Shown: positions 28,169 through 37,831, counted from the first letter of the stretch. The stretch: 64,000 nt of DNA from an uncultured Gammaproteobacteria bacterium (GCA_964409875.1 CAYPEN010000001.1:134637-198636), one strand, 5' to 3'. The notes: generated by a model not told the origin, from the letters alone. A program made the numbers and translations.

Positions 28169-29064
28169 GAACCGTTATCGTTGCATCATTTCTCGTCGAT
28201 GTCCTAGATATTGTTCTTTCAGTTACAGTTGCTGTTATAACCGGAAGTATCATTATGCTTACCGAGGCATTGGAAGGGGTTTCTGACCTTACATCTTCAG
28301 GATTGCTTCTTATTGGGCTCAAACGGTCGACGCAAAAAGCCGACAAAACACACCCTTTTGGGTATGGCAGGGAGATATATTTCTGGACGCTTCTGGCCGC
28401 GCTTATCATGTTCGGTGTCACCTCAACAGTTTCTATATATTTTGGATGGCAGCGCATCATCCATCCTCACCCGGTAGATAACCTGATAATTGCACAAGTT
28501 GTGCTGCTTATTGCCTTTTTCTCTAATGGATATGCTTTTTTCTTAAGTTACAAAAGGCTTTTAAGAAAAAGGGGTGTCAGGCAAATTGTCAAGATTTTTT
28601 ATAAGTCATCCCTGGTCGAAACAAAAACGACCTTTATTCTCGACCTCATGGGGACAATAGCGGCATTTCTGGGAATGGTTGCACTTCTTATTTATAGGAT
28701 TACCGGGGACGTCCGGTTTGATGGAATAGGTGCGGTAGTTATCGGGATTTCACTGGCATTTTTAGCGCTCTTTCTGGTTATGGGGATACGGGACCTTCTA
28801 GTAGGGCGTAGTGCATCACCGGAAACCGAGACAAAGATAAAAAAGGCGGCTCTATTGGTTGAAGAGGTTAATGATGTACTTGATCTAAAGACGTTGCATG
28901 TGGGGTCCGAAAAATTACTGGTCAATTTGGAAGTGCATATGAAAAACAATTTGGACACTGACGAAATAGAAAAATTGATGGATGAGATAAAGGAGAATAT
29001 CCAACAAGAAGTTCCTTCTGTAAAATACATACAAGTAGAGCTCGAAACCCCCGATAAGAAGTAG
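28138..29064 (+). CDS. Cation diffusion facilitator (CDF) family metal efflux transporter
   Basis: 308 aa. It has a CDF N-terminus (ITGSIIMLTEALEGVSDL), six TM helices and a C-terminal cytoplasmic domain. Confidence 0.85.
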   Translation: MEVREKKISARTVIVASFLVDVLDIVLSVTVAVITGSIIMLTEALEGVSDLTSSGLLLIGLKRSTQKADKTHPFGYGREIYFWTLLAALIMFGVTSTVSIYFGWQRIIHPHPVDNLIIAQVVLLIAFFSNGYAFFLSYKRLLRKRGVRQIVKIFYKSSLVETKTTFILDLMGTIAAFLGMVALLIYRITGDVRFDGIGAVVIGISLAFLALFLVMGIRDLLVGRSASPETETKIKKAALLVEEVNDVLDLKTLHVGSEKLLVNLEVHMKNNLDTDEIEKLMDEIKENIQQEVPSVKYIQVELETPDKK

Positions 29065-29360
29065 TTCTTTTGAGGCTAAATCATTATTTTTGTCAACACT
29101 TGATACCCTTTTAAAAGTTGTCAAAGTATGCTATACTACGAAGTTGTTTTTAAGCCCATAGTCTAAGCTTTTGGCTCAGACTAACAATGTTTTGCACGGC
29201 TTTGTCCGTTCGTAAGTGTTCGTTATGCATGAGCACTTTTTTTGCGGCCAAAAAACAATTTTTGTGCTTTTTAAGCTTTGGAGATTTGCTTTTCAAATGA
29301 CTTGGAAAGCCAGCACTTTGAAAATTGGTTTTCGTATATTAGTTAGTTTTTTTACACACA

Positions 29361-29423
29361 ATTGATTGTGGGATAACGAGTTTAATTTTAAATTTAAATT
29401 GAAAGCGGTGTCCCACAATCAAG
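29361..29423. repeat. 13-bp inverted repeat (ATTGATTGTGGGA ... TCCCACAATCAAG) at the AT-rich edge of the GC-rich island
   Basis: Arms at 29361-29373 and 29411-29423 match 12/13, with a 37-bp AT-rich spacer (taatttta aatttaaatt). Confidence 0.5.
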
Positions 29424-29466
29424 AGTCACGATACTTTAGTCTTGTGTGGGAGAAAGGAGTCCGTCT

Positions 29467-29610
29467 ATGACGGATAAAGACGAAGGGCCTATCAGGCCCG
29501 TCAAGCGAGGATATCACAAGGAGGTAACCGTTGCGGATGTCGAGAAAGCGAAAGCTGATCGCATGAAAGCGGCAATCGCCAAGGTCCAACCGACCGTCAA
29601 GCCGGCGTAA
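29467..29610 (+). CDS. Small hypothetical protein (47 aa) inside the GC-rich island
   Basis: MTDKDEGPIRPVKRGYHKEVTVADVEKAKADRMKAAIAKVQPTVKPA, preceded by an RBS (gagaaaggag). GC-rich codon usage matches ppsA. Confidence 0.25.
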   Translation: MTDKDEGPIRPVKRGYHKEVTVADVEKAKADRMKAAIAKVQPTVKPA

Positions 29611-29654
29611 GCCGGCACCAACCCAACCCCGCACAACAAGACACGAGGTAGAAC

Positions 29655-32150
29655 ATGACGCAGTCGCCTATATCCACGGTTCCCAGCATGGGATTCGTGG
29701 GTAACTTCACGGAATTCCGGAAGCACGACATCAGCATCGTCGGTGGTAAGATCGCCAATCTTGGTGAGCTCGCCGCAGCCGGTGCTCCTGGCTCACCCGG
29801 GTTCGCCGTGAAGGTGAACGCCTGGAAGCGCTTCATCGAACTCCATCCCGAAATCGCCTCACTGGTCCGCCAGGAGCTTGATGGGATGGACGTCAACAAC
29901 GATGCAGATGTGGATCTCCGCGCAGAGCGGATCCGCACTGCCATCAAGTCGGCTCCGATGCCGGATGAGATCGCCCGCGAGATTGCTGAGGCATACTCGC
30001 AGACTTTCCCCGCCGGCACGATATGCGCGGTACGATCTTCGGCCACTGCCGAGGACCTTCCCGACGCTGCATTCGCCGGCCAGCAGGACACCCTCTTGGG
30101 AGTCCATGGCGCTTCCGACATCATCGCTGCGGTCCTGGCCTGTTGGTCTTCGATCTTCACGGCGAGGGCCATCATCTATCGCGAAGAACACGACATCTCC
30201 CACTTTGAAGTGGGGATCGCCGTAGCCGTTCAGAAGATGGTGAGGTCGACACGCTCCGGCGTGATCTTCACCCTCAACCCGATGAACAATGACCGCAAGG
30301 TCATCGTCATCGAGACGATCTACGGGCTCGGCGAGAAGTTCGTGTCCGGCAGTTCCAACGCCGACCTCTACGTTGTCGCAAAGGAAAGCCTGGAGATCGT
30401 CTCCCGGCGCCATTCCGAGCAACGCACCATGACGATCCTTGCCGAGTCAGGCATGGGGACCGTCGATGCCGAGGTCGAGGAGTACAAGCAGCAAGCCCAG
30501 AAGCTTACGGACGACCAGGTCCGGGAAGCTGCGAGCCGCGCTCTTGCCATCGAAGCCCACTACGGAGTCCCTCAAGACATCGAGTACGGCATCGATGAGG
30601 AAGGGAACTTCGTAACGCTGCAGGCGCGGCCTGTAACGACCAACAAGATCCAGATCGAGGAGGAAGCGCCACCGACTGAAACGGCGGTCATCCTCTCCGA
30701 TGGTGCGAATGACGATGGTCTCGGTGCTAGTCCTGGCGTTGCCATGGGCCCAGTACGGATCATCAACAGCCACAGCGAATGCGACCAGGTGCGTGAGGGC
30801 GACATTCTCGTCACAGAGATGACGACCCCCGACTACCTGCCCGCAATGCGCAGGGCTGCAGCCATCATCACCGAGATCGGTGGCATGAACTGCCACTCGG
30901 CCATCGTCGGCCGCGAACTCGGTATTCCGGTTATCGTTGCCGTCAAGGACGCGACGACCGGGCGTTTTACCAACGACCAACTCGTTACCGTAGACGGCTC
31001 GCACGAGCGCATCTACGAGGGCGAAGCCAAGCAGGCCTTGGCATGGGGGGCACGCCGCAAGGACCGGCTCACCAAGCTCAAGGCACAGACCGCCAACGTC
31101 CGAACCCGGACGAAAATCGGCATCATCGCCGGAGACGCCAACGGTGGCCCTGAAAAGGTAGCCGAAAGCAACGCCGACATCCTTAGCCTGGTTAGGGCTG
31201 AGCTCGGCCTGGCAAACATCGGTGTGCATCCGATGCTCTCCATTCGTGAGGGTAATTCGGAGTGGCACATCCAGCAGATGGTCGACAACATCATTCCGTT
31301 TGCTCGGGCTATGAAGCCTAAGTTCGACGCAGACCCGGAGACGGTGCTTGCGAAGAAGAAGGGTCTCACGACCTACCGGCTGACGGACTTTAAGACCAAT
31401 GAGTACGCCAACATCAACGGCTCTTCCGAATTCGAACCCACGGAAGAGAATCCCATGATGGGAGAGCGGGGCGCCCTCAAGTTCCTGCTTCAGGAACCTG
31501 CATTCAGGCTCGAATGTGAAGCGGTCCGCCGCGTCATCTTCGACCTCGGGTTCGACAACGTCATTCCGATGCTTCCGGTGGTCCGGACACCCGAGGAGCT
31601 CGAAGCGGTGCTAGTCATCGCGGAAAAGTGCGGGCTCCCGAGGGAGCGGTTCTTGATGATGTGCGAGGTTCCCTCAAACGTCATCGAGCTGCACCGGTTC
31701 CTTGCGTGCGGCATCATGGGCATCTCGGATGGCACCAACGACATGACCCAGTTCGCCTACGCTGCTGACCGTGACGGTGGCCAAAACACCAGCCGGTACG
31801 TGGCAAAGGGCAAGACTGTCCAGATCCTGTTTTCGGTGGCCCTCGTGATCACCCGGGAGCTGGGCAAGTACCATGGCCTGTGCGGCCAGATGGTTTCGGA
31901 CTTCCCGGAGACGATCCCTACGCTCGTTGCGCTGGGTATCGATTCCTTCGGCGTCGACATTGACAAGGTTGATGTGACCCGCAACCTCACCGCCCAGGCA
32001 GAAGCGGCCTTCGTTGGCCTCACCCTCGAAGAGTACCAGGAGCGTTTCGACGATCTGAATGAAATCTTCGAAGAGAAGAGGCGGCAGGTTCTGGTCGAAT
32101 CGCCTGCCTACTTGATTGCGTCCGGTCTTCGGGCGTACGCTACCGCTTAG
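29655..32150 (+). CDS. ppsA: Phosphoenolpyruvate synthase (pyruvate, water dikinase)
   Basis: 831 aa with all three PEP-utilising-enzyme domains. These are an N-terminal ATP-grasp PPDK_N domain, the phosphohistidine domain GGMNCHSAIVGRELGIPVIVAV, and a C-terminal TIM barrel with MMCEVPSNVIEL ... GISDGTNDMTQFAYAADRDGG. That segment aligns with E. coli PpsA MMCEIPSNALL ... GSNDMTQLALGLDRDSG. Confidence 0.85.
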   Translation: MTQSPISTVPSMGFVGNFTEFRKHDISIVGGKIANLGELAAAGAPGSPGFAVKVNAWKRFIELHPEIASLVRQELDGMDVNNDADVDLRAERIRTAIKSAPMPDEIAREIAEAYSQTFPAGTICAVRSSATAEDLPDAAFAGQQDTLLGVHGASDIIAAVLACWSSIFTARAIIYREEHDISHFEVGIAVAVQKMVRSTRSGVIFTLNPMNNDRKVIVIETIYGLGEKFVSGSSNADLYVVAKESLEIVSRRHSEQRTMTILAESGMGTVDAEVEEYKQQAQKLTDDQVREAASRALAIEAHYGVPQDIEYGIDEEGNFVTLQARPVTTNKIQIEEEAPPTETAVILSDGANDDGLGASPGVAMGPVRIINSHSECDQVREGDILVTEMTTPDYLPAMRRAAAIITEIGGMNCHSAIVGRELGIPVIVAVKDATTGRFTNDQLVTVDGSHERIYEGEAKQALAWGARRKDRLTKLKAQTANVRTRTKIGIIAGDANGGPEKVAESNADILSLVRAELGLANIGVHPMLSIREGNSEWHIQQMVDNIIPFARAMKPKFDADPETVLAKKKGLTTYRLTDFKTNEYANINGSSEFEPTEENPMMGERGALKFLLQEPAFRLECEAVRRVIFDLGFDNVIPMLPVVRTPEELEAVLVIAEKCGLPRERFLMMCEVPSNVIELHRFLACGIMGISDGTNDMTQFAYAADRDGGQNTSRYVAKGKTVQILFSVALVITRELGKYHGLCGQMVSDFPETIPTLVALGIDSFGVDIDKVDVTRNLTAQAEAAFVGLTLEEYQERFDDLNEIFEEKRRQVLVESPAYLIASGLRAYATA

Positions 32151-32404
32151 TCCGGAGCTTCATCCGTGAAGATCCGGCTCATCGTTACGAAAACCAATAG
32201 CCGTCCGACCGCGAGGTCGGACACCGGGGACGGGCCGTACGGTCCATCCCCACCCCTCCGCCGTTTTGGCGGGAATCCCAATTGGGTTCCCCCGCCTTCA
32301 CGGCGGGGGGACCTACAATAAATTTCCTCAAATTACTCTTACTCTGTTTTGTGCTGTCTCCCAGATACAAGAACTATCATAAATTTCCTAAGGAGGTGAA
32401 ATAA

Positions 32405-32593
32405 ATGGCAAAATACGGAAAAAAAGCACAGGAAAAAATATCCGATGTCATGCATGAATATGGGAAAGGAAAGCTTAAAATGGGAAGAAGCGGAAAAAAG
32501 GTAACCAATAGAAGACAAGCGGTAGCAATAGGCATATCCGAAGCTAGAAAAGAAGGGGACAAGGTTCCAACCCCGAAGAGACATTACGCTTGA
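32405..32593 (+). CDS. Small basic conserved-looking protein (62 aa)
   Basis: MAKYGKKAQEKISDVMHEYGKGKLKMGRSGKKVTNRRQAVAIGISEARKEG, with a strong RBS (ctaaggaggtgaaataa ATG). Confidence 0.45.
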   Translation: MAKYGKKAQEKISDVMHEYGKGKLKMGRSGKKVTNRRQAVAIGISEARKEGDKVPTPKRHYA

Positions 32594-32616
32594 TTAGAAA
32601 TTAGAAGAAAGGAGTA

Positions 32617-32901
32617 ATGGGAATGAAAAAGGTTAATGCAGAGAAAATTGAACCAAATGTTGCGCTTTGGGAACTTGAGATAGAGCAAGTTGAGGGAAGG
32701 TCACTAGAGAGAAAAGGAAGGGATGAGATAAACGAGATGTTGTCTGAAGGATGGATACTGCTCTCGATTTATACGCTAAGGTATAAGGACGCAGAGGACA
32801 CGTGGTTTGAGCGCCCAATGGCTATTTTGGGGTTACCCAAAAACCCGGTTAAAAGCAAAAAGGAAAAAAAGAAAAATTATCCGGAGTCTGTTATTTTGTG
32901 A
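32617..32901 (+). CDS. Hypothetical protein (94 aa)
   Basis: RBS aaaggag 7 nt upstream. No motif was recognised. Confidence 0.35.
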   Translation: MGMKKVNAEKIEPNVALWELEIEQVEGRSLERKGRDEINEMLSEGWILLSIYTLRYKDAEDTWFERPMAILGLPKNPVKSKKEKKKNYPESVIL

Positions 32902-32906
32902 GGACT

Positions 32907-33209
32907 TTATAAGTTGGGTAATTTATTTTTATCAAACTCAAAGGTCTCATAAATACGTGATTCTATAAGTATCTGGCTATAATCGGGAATTGGTGAAGAA
33001 GTAGAACTGTTTCCAACTTCCCATTTTTTGAGATTAACAACTCTATTTCCGAACAAGTAATAGTAGTCTACTAATGTATCGTCCCGATTGTTTATCTTCA
33101 GTGCCTCATCGGCGTCATACCGTATGGGTAAGTCTTCAATCAAAACAGTATCTTTATTTTCTGAACGAAGATAATCTATTAAGTTTGCATTATCGGTTTT
33201 TGTAACCAC
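32907..33209 (-). CDS. Hypothetical protein (100 aa)
   Basis: ORF only. Confidence 0.3.
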   Translation of the reverse strand: MVTKTDNANLIDYLRSENKDTVLIEDLPIRYDADEALKINNRDDTLVDYYYLFGNRVVNLKKWEVGNSSTSSPIPDYSQILIESRIYETFEFDKNKLPNL

Positions 33210-33682
33210 AATATTAAATTGCGTTGTGTAGATGTGAGGAACAGAATTTTTCTCAGGTTTTTTTCTAGAGCATTTTTAAAAGAGATAGTGTAGTTTAGGT
33301 ATTTTTTATCATTCAAAGAAAGTTGGTTGTCATCTTCCTGCACGATAAATAATGAAGGGTACCTGAAGCTAAAAAAACCACTTTTACTTTTGTATATTTT
33401 CCAATTTGTCCTATCTATTGTAGGAGTAGCTGTTACAGCCCGTGTTGCTTTTGTAGTCGGTTTGCCAGAGATAAGTACCATTTTTTCAGCGTATTTGTTT
33501 TGGAAACTCCTTGCAAGTGGCACCTCTTGGAATGTATCAAAAGTTATTGCAGTAAGAAGGATAATAATGATAAAAAAAATTAGACAAATCAATATTTTAA
33601 ACTTTACATTGAAATTATTGATGCCATTAAATTTAATTCCTGAGGTTTCTGGCCCTGCTAAACTATTCTTTTTTTTCTCCAT
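33179..33682 (-). CDS. Membrane-anchored hypothetical protein
   Basis: 167 aa with an N-terminal TM helix (KILICLIFFIIIILLTAITF). Confidence 0.4.
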   Translation of the reverse strand: MEKKKNSLAGPETSGIKFNGINNFNVKFKILICLIFFIIIILLTAITFDTFQEVPLARSFQNKYAEKMVLISGKPTTKATRAVTATPTIDRTNWKIYKSKSGFFSFRYPSLFIVQEDDNQLSLNDKKYLNYTISFKNALEKNLRKILFLTSTQRNLILWLQKPIMQT

Positions 33683-33722
33683 AACATAAGCTTACAGAGC
33701 AGTAATGATAGAAAACAAGTGG

Positions 33723-34349
33723 TTATTTACCGAGGATTGGTGCGGATATTGAAGTTGCGTGGGTATATGCGTCATGCATTGAAGTATACATTTTGGGATA
33801 GTCTTTATTTATATAAGCATCCAGTATTGCCTTCTCATTCAATACGTGCCGTGCAAAATAATTCTGGGCATTCATATACGTATCCGCATTTTTACCTTGG
33901 GAGAGAAGGGAAGAGAAATCATCGGTAAATCTTTGGAGGCTCTGTAATGAAAGCGTTATTTTTGCATTATCATTTGCCCTTCTTGCATCGGCATAATCAA
34001 GGAATGCATTGATGTGGTTGGTCCAAATGGTGAGGAATTTGTCTTTTGTGTCAACGCCGTATAGATTTTCCATTTGTGCTGCCAAAAGCTTAGTGTTGTT
34101 GTCTACAGCTTGTTTTGCAGCAAGAAAATCAGCACGTTTTTCATAGCGTGCAATCATCATTTCTCCTCCGACGAGCGCATGTTCACCCATGAGCGTGTCA
34201 AGTGCTTCTTGTTGTTGCTGTGCAGTGGGGGTGGGGGTTGGAGATTGTTGCTGTGCAAAGACATGCTCAAAAGCCGGAGCGCGAACTATGACAGGAGCCG
34301 TCATCATAACAAAAATGAGCGCTAGGAGAAAAAATTGATTTTTTAACAT
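33723..34349 (-). CDS. Secreted helical protein of unknown function
   Basis: 208 aa with a signal peptide (MLKNQFFLLALIFVMMTAPVIVRAPA) and a Gln-rich linker. Confidence 0.5.
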   Translation of the reverse strand: MLKNQFFLLALIFVMMTAPVIVRAPAFEHVFAQQQSPTPTPTAQQQQEALDTLMGEHALVGGEMMIARYEKRADFLAAKQAVDNNTKLLAAQMENLYGVDTKDKFLTIWTNHINAFLDYADARRANDNAKITLSLQSLQRFTDDFSSLLSQGKNADTYMNAQNYFARHVLNEKAILDAYINKDYPKMYTSMHDAYTHATSISAPILGK

Positions 34350-34522
34350 GAGGACAGTTTAGTATTTCGGGACGAAGAGTATGTGAATACTCCGTTAGAG
34401 TTTTACAAGAGCTTACTACTCGAATTTGAAGAGGAAGAACTCATCATAGAGCTAATATTCTCGGCGTTCAAGAGAAAAATGCCACTTTTCAAAATGACTT
34501 TCTCCATTTAATATATTTCAAA

Positions 34523-34945
34523 ATGCCAAGAAGAGAATACGGTGGAACCCAGATAAGAGGGCCGGAAGATTTAATATATATAAAAAGTAGTGACGATGGA
34601 GCAAAAGTAGATAATCCTGCGGAGCGGGAGTTCGCCCGGCTGCTTCTTGATAAGACTTCTCTTGAAATTACACACGAGCCAACGTTTTTTTATTATCATG
34701 ACGACGAAGGGATACTGAGAGGCACGCTTCCTGATTTTCGTGTGGTTAATCCCGATACTGGGGTCCAGACTTATATCGAAATAACGACCTCGAGTAATGG
34801 GAAAGGGAGACAGCAGTCAATTATGCAACGCTTAGCACCCGATGTGCACTACGTGGTTTTCAGAAGAGAAAAATTGGAAGCAATACAGCAAAAATTTCCC
34901 GAATATCATTTTTTCAATGGAAACGGAAACGGGGGCTCGAAATAA
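34523..34945 (+). CDS. Hypothetical protein (possible nuclease-like fold)
   Basis: 140 aa. The segment LPDFRVVN...TYIEITTS is weakly reminiscent of PD-(D/E)xK, but this is unverified. Confidence 0.35.
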   Translation: MPRREYGGTQIRGPEDLIYIKSSDDGAKVDNPAEREFARLLLDKTSLEITHEPTFFYYHDDEGILRGTLPDFRVVNPDTGVQTYIEITTSSNGKGRQQSIMQRLAPDVHYVVFRREKLEAIQQKFPEYHFFNGNGNGGSK

Positions 34946-34997
34946 TATTGCATTTTGCCTCTTGTTTGTTAACATGTAGTATTCTTGCCCCAACCAA

Positions 34998-35720
34998 ATG
35001 GCTGAACGCTTAATCTCTCTTATATCAGGCGGTGGAACCACCATGGAGCAAATTGGCATGGCGATACGCGACGGTGGAATTCTGGGACTTGAGTTTGCGG
35101 GGGTTATCGCAAGTGAGCCTGGCTTGAGGGGAATATCCCGTGCGCGTGAGCTCAAAATGGGCGTTCCGGTGGCAGTAATAAATCCCCTGGATTTTACCGG
35201 CGATGACGGACTACCCGATGGGTATGGGTTCGGTAAAGCAATTCTTAAATTTGCAAAGCAGCAAGGAGCAACCGTTCTGACACAGAATGGATGGCTTCCC
35301 TGGACACCACATAATGTAATTGAGGCATATAAAGATGCGATATTTAACCAACATCCGGGTCCGCTTCCAGAAACTCGAAACCTCCATGGGATGCAGCCCC
35401 ATGCAGCAATGCATAGATTTGCCCGGCTTACGCACCGTTATGAAGGGACAGAGGTCGTGACGCATAGGGTTGTAGCTGGCATGGATGAAGGAGTTTTGGT
35501 GGGAATGCGAAAAGTTCCTCAGTATTTTCATGACTGGCCGAAAAAAATACAGCAGCGTGCATTGCCAGTAGAACACCAACTGCAAATTGATATACTCAAT
35601 CAATTTGTAAAAGGTGAGATACAAGAAACCCCACAAGAGCCGCATTTTATGAGGCCGGGTGAGGAAAAAATACTGAGGGAAGCAAGAAAATATGCCCGTA
35701 AAATGTATCCAAACGGTTAA
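34998..35720 (+). CDS. purN: Phosphoribosylglycinamide formyltransferase (PurN-like)
   Basis: 240 aa. LISLISGGGTTMEQI aligns with PurN's VLISGNGSNLQAI, and NQHPGPLPETRNLHG with NIHPSLLPKYPGLH. The folate-binding C-terminus is EVVTHRVVAGMDEGVLVG. Confidence 0.7.
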   Translation: MAERLISLISGGGTTMEQIGMAIRDGGILGLEFAGVIASEPGLRGISRARELKMGVPVAVINPLDFTGDDGLPDGYGFGKAILKFAKQQGATVLTQNGWLPWTPHNVIEAYKDAIFNQHPGPLPETRNLHGMQPHAAMHRFARLTHRYEGTEVVTHRVVAGMDEGVLVGMRKVPQYFHDWPKKIQQRALPVEHQLQIDILNQFVKGEIQETPQEPHFMRPGEEKILREARKYARKMYPNG

Positions 35721-35723
35721 TAT

Positions 35724-37064
35724 ATGCCTGTAATTGCGGAAGGAAATATAGTCGGAATTGTTGACGGTGGAGGCCGGGGGGCCGCTCTGGCACGCGCGTA
35801 TGAAAGAAGTCCTCATGTTAACAGAATAGTTGTCATCCCGGGTAACGATCTTACCGCTGAGATGGCAACGAAGCCTACTTTTGTTTTTCCGAACATCAAA
35901 AATATAAGTGCGGATGCTATTGCCGATAAATTTGAAGAGCTAGGTGTAACTCTTGCCGATGTTGCCCAGGATAACGCCATTGAGGCAGGGGTAACAGACA
36001 CTTTAAGAAACAGGGGAATTGCGACCATCGGACCATCGAAAGATGCAGGGCAAATTGAGTGGAGCAAGGCGTACGCGCGGGGGCTTGGGAAAAAAGCAGG
36101 CTTGCAACAACCCCGTTTTGAAACATTTACCAGAGTTGAGCCTGCAGATTGGTACATAGACCATAGCGGAGAGGAAAACTTTGTTGTAAAAGCCAACGGG
36201 CTTGCCGAAGGGAAAGGTGTAAAGCTTGCGCACAGCTCGGAGGAGGCAAAAAGAATGGTTCGACAGCTTCGTGAGCAGCATGAAAGGGCTTCGGAAATTT
36301 TTCTCATTGAGGAAATGGTTGCGGGTGAAGAATTCTCGACTTTTTTTGCCTCAGACGGGGAGCATATAAAACTACTCGGGCACGCCCAGGACCACAAAAG
36401 AGAGGGAAATTACGACACCGGGGAAAATACGGGAGGAATGGGAGCAAGTACACCCCCAAGACTGATGACACGCACTGTCGAGATGGTAGTTGAGCAAGAA
36501 ATTAAGAAAATGATGGGGGCACTTTCAGAGGAAGGTAGGCCATATGAGGGAGTTGGATATTATGGGGGGATGCTTAATGAGGTTTTGAAACGGGTAAACA
36601 ACATTGAGTGGAATGCAAGGTGGGGGGATCCTGAGGTCGAGATAGTTGCTCCCGGAATAACGTCTGATATGTTCGAGCTTGCGGTTGCAATTGTTGAAAA
36701 AAGTTTGGATAAGTACAATTTGACAACAGACAGCCTTACGCGGGTGGTTGTTGCAGGGGCATCGAGGGGTTATCCAAGAGACTATAGCGCAGTAAAAGGT
36801 AAAGAAATATTTGGACTTGATTATGTCATGCATATGGACGGCGTGGAATTGTATGGCGCAGGGGTAAAAGTAGATGAAGAAAGAAAGCATTGGGCAAAGG
36901 GAGGAAGACTTTTTTATATAGTAGGACAAGGGGAAAACGTGGTAGAGGCGCGGGAGAAAGCATATGGAGCAATGGCTAGAGTGCATGTTGACGGGAATAA
37001 TTTGATGTACAGGACAGATATCGGATGGAAAGACGTTCAGAGACTGAGGGATGAGGGCTATTAA
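35724..37064 (+). CDS. purD: Phosphoribosylamine--glycine ligase
   Basis: 446 aa with the ATP-grasp architecture and PurD N-terminal and C-terminal domains. It lies immediately downstream of purN. Confidence 0.85.
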   Translation: MPVIAEGNIVGIVDGGGRGAALARAYERSPHVNRIVVIPGNDLTAEMATKPTFVFPNIKNISADAIADKFEELGVTLADVAQDNAIEAGVTDTLRNRGIATIGPSKDAGQIEWSKAYARGLGKKAGLQQPRFETFTRVEPADWYIDHSGEENFVVKANGLAEGKGVKLAHSSEEAKRMVRQLREQHERASEIFLIEEMVAGEEFSTFFASDGEHIKLLGHAQDHKREGNYDTGENTGGMGASTPPRLMTRTVEMVVEQEIKKMMGALSEEGRPYEGVGYYGGMLNEVLKRVNNIEWNARWGDPEVEIVAPGITSDMFELAVAIVEKSLDKYNLTTDSLTRVVVAGASRGYPRDYSAVKGKEIFGLDYVMHMDGVELYGAGVKVDEERKHWAKGGRLFYIVGQGENVVEAREKAYGAMARVHVDGNNLMYRTDIGWKDVQRLRDEGY

Positions 37065-37717
37065 ATTACTTCTTTTGTAAAAAGACTTGAGAGAATTTCA
37101 AATGCACGGTTGACATTTTTATCCTCAAAAAAAAGGGTGAATTCACTTTTAGTAGGTGAGGCGCCTATTATATTAATTCCTTCCCAAGCAAGCGATTTTA
37201 AGAAAAAATAATAAACACCGGGAGTTTTAATTGCTTCCTCAGGAACAAAGACCGTTATTTGGGAAACACTCTCCATATTTAAAATAACCGAGTCGGGAGA
37301 GATTTTTTTCAAAAGTTTTTCTCTCAACGCAAAAGTACCTGCAATTTGAATTTCCGTTGCACCGATTGTAATTGATGAAAATGTCCCTTTCACTCTGTTC
37401 AAAAACAAATTCCCCACAATCCCCTCGGTTTCATTCGTTCTGGCAAGAGTGACAAAGAAAAGTCCTGAACGGACCGTCATCTCCGGAGGGTGTTTGAAAA
37501 TTTCTTCACTTTTATACTGAGATTTTGTTGTTTTTTGCAATCTTTTAAGTGCCATTATGATGGAGCCTGAGCTTATGTCTTTGATGAGCATTTGCTCAAG
37601 TTCGGGCTTTATGTAGCGCGCGAGAGAGGAAAGGTTGATGATGTCTTTTGCCAAAGCCTCCGAAAGATATCGCGAGCGCTCGACTATCTTTTTTGTTGCT
37701 TCGGGAACAGTAATCAT
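37061..37717 (-). CDS. Hypothetical protein with ACT-like tandem regulatory domains
   Basis: 218 aa. GINIIGASPTKSEFTLFFEDKNVNRAFEIL is an ACT-like pattern. Weak. Confidence 0.4.
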   Translation of the reverse strand: MITVPEATKKIVERSRYLSEALAKDIINLSSLARYIKPELEQMLIKDISSGSIIMALKRLQKTTKSQYKSEEIFKHPPEMTVRSGLFFVTLARTNETEGIVGNLFLNRVKGTFSSITIGATEIQIAGTFALREKLLKKISPDSVILNMESVSQITVFVPEEAIKTPGVYYFFLKSLAWEGINIIGASPTKSEFTLFFEDKNVNRAFEILSSLFTKEVI

Positions 37718-37831
37718 GAAGATGTTAATATTTTAACAAAATATATGGTTTTGTAAATTTTATTTCAAAAATTGACCTCAAACGAGTTTTCCTCTACGCT
37801 TTTTATGGCAGAAAGAAAGGAGGTGATAAAA

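Larger units (their letters stand above)
29440..32340. other. Compositionally foreign island (about 60% GC versus about 40% in the flanks) carrying ppsA and a small ORF; putative horizontally acquired segment
   Basis: Base composition and codon third-position GC shift abruptly at about 29440 and about 32340. GC-rich hairpins with GNRA loops lie at 29592-29607 (GCCGGCgtaaGCCGGC) and in 32160-32330 (GTCCGACCgcgaGGTCGGAC; CCCCGCCttcacGGCGGGG). Confidence 0.7.

Noticed and set aside
27831-28460. 209-aa minus-strand ORF overlapping HxlR and CDF
   Set aside because: It overlaps two well-supported plus-strand genes and is antisense in composition, with no motifs.
29597-32023. Many long ORFs on both strands inside the island (for example 29597..30175-, 29859..30422-, 30447..31268-, 31013..31369-)
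   Set aside because: These are typical stop-codon-poor antisense frames of high-GC DNA. They overlap the well-supported ppsA frame and have no motifs.
35813-36397. 194-aa minus-strand ORF inside purD
   Set aside because: It is antisense to a confidently identified conserved gene.
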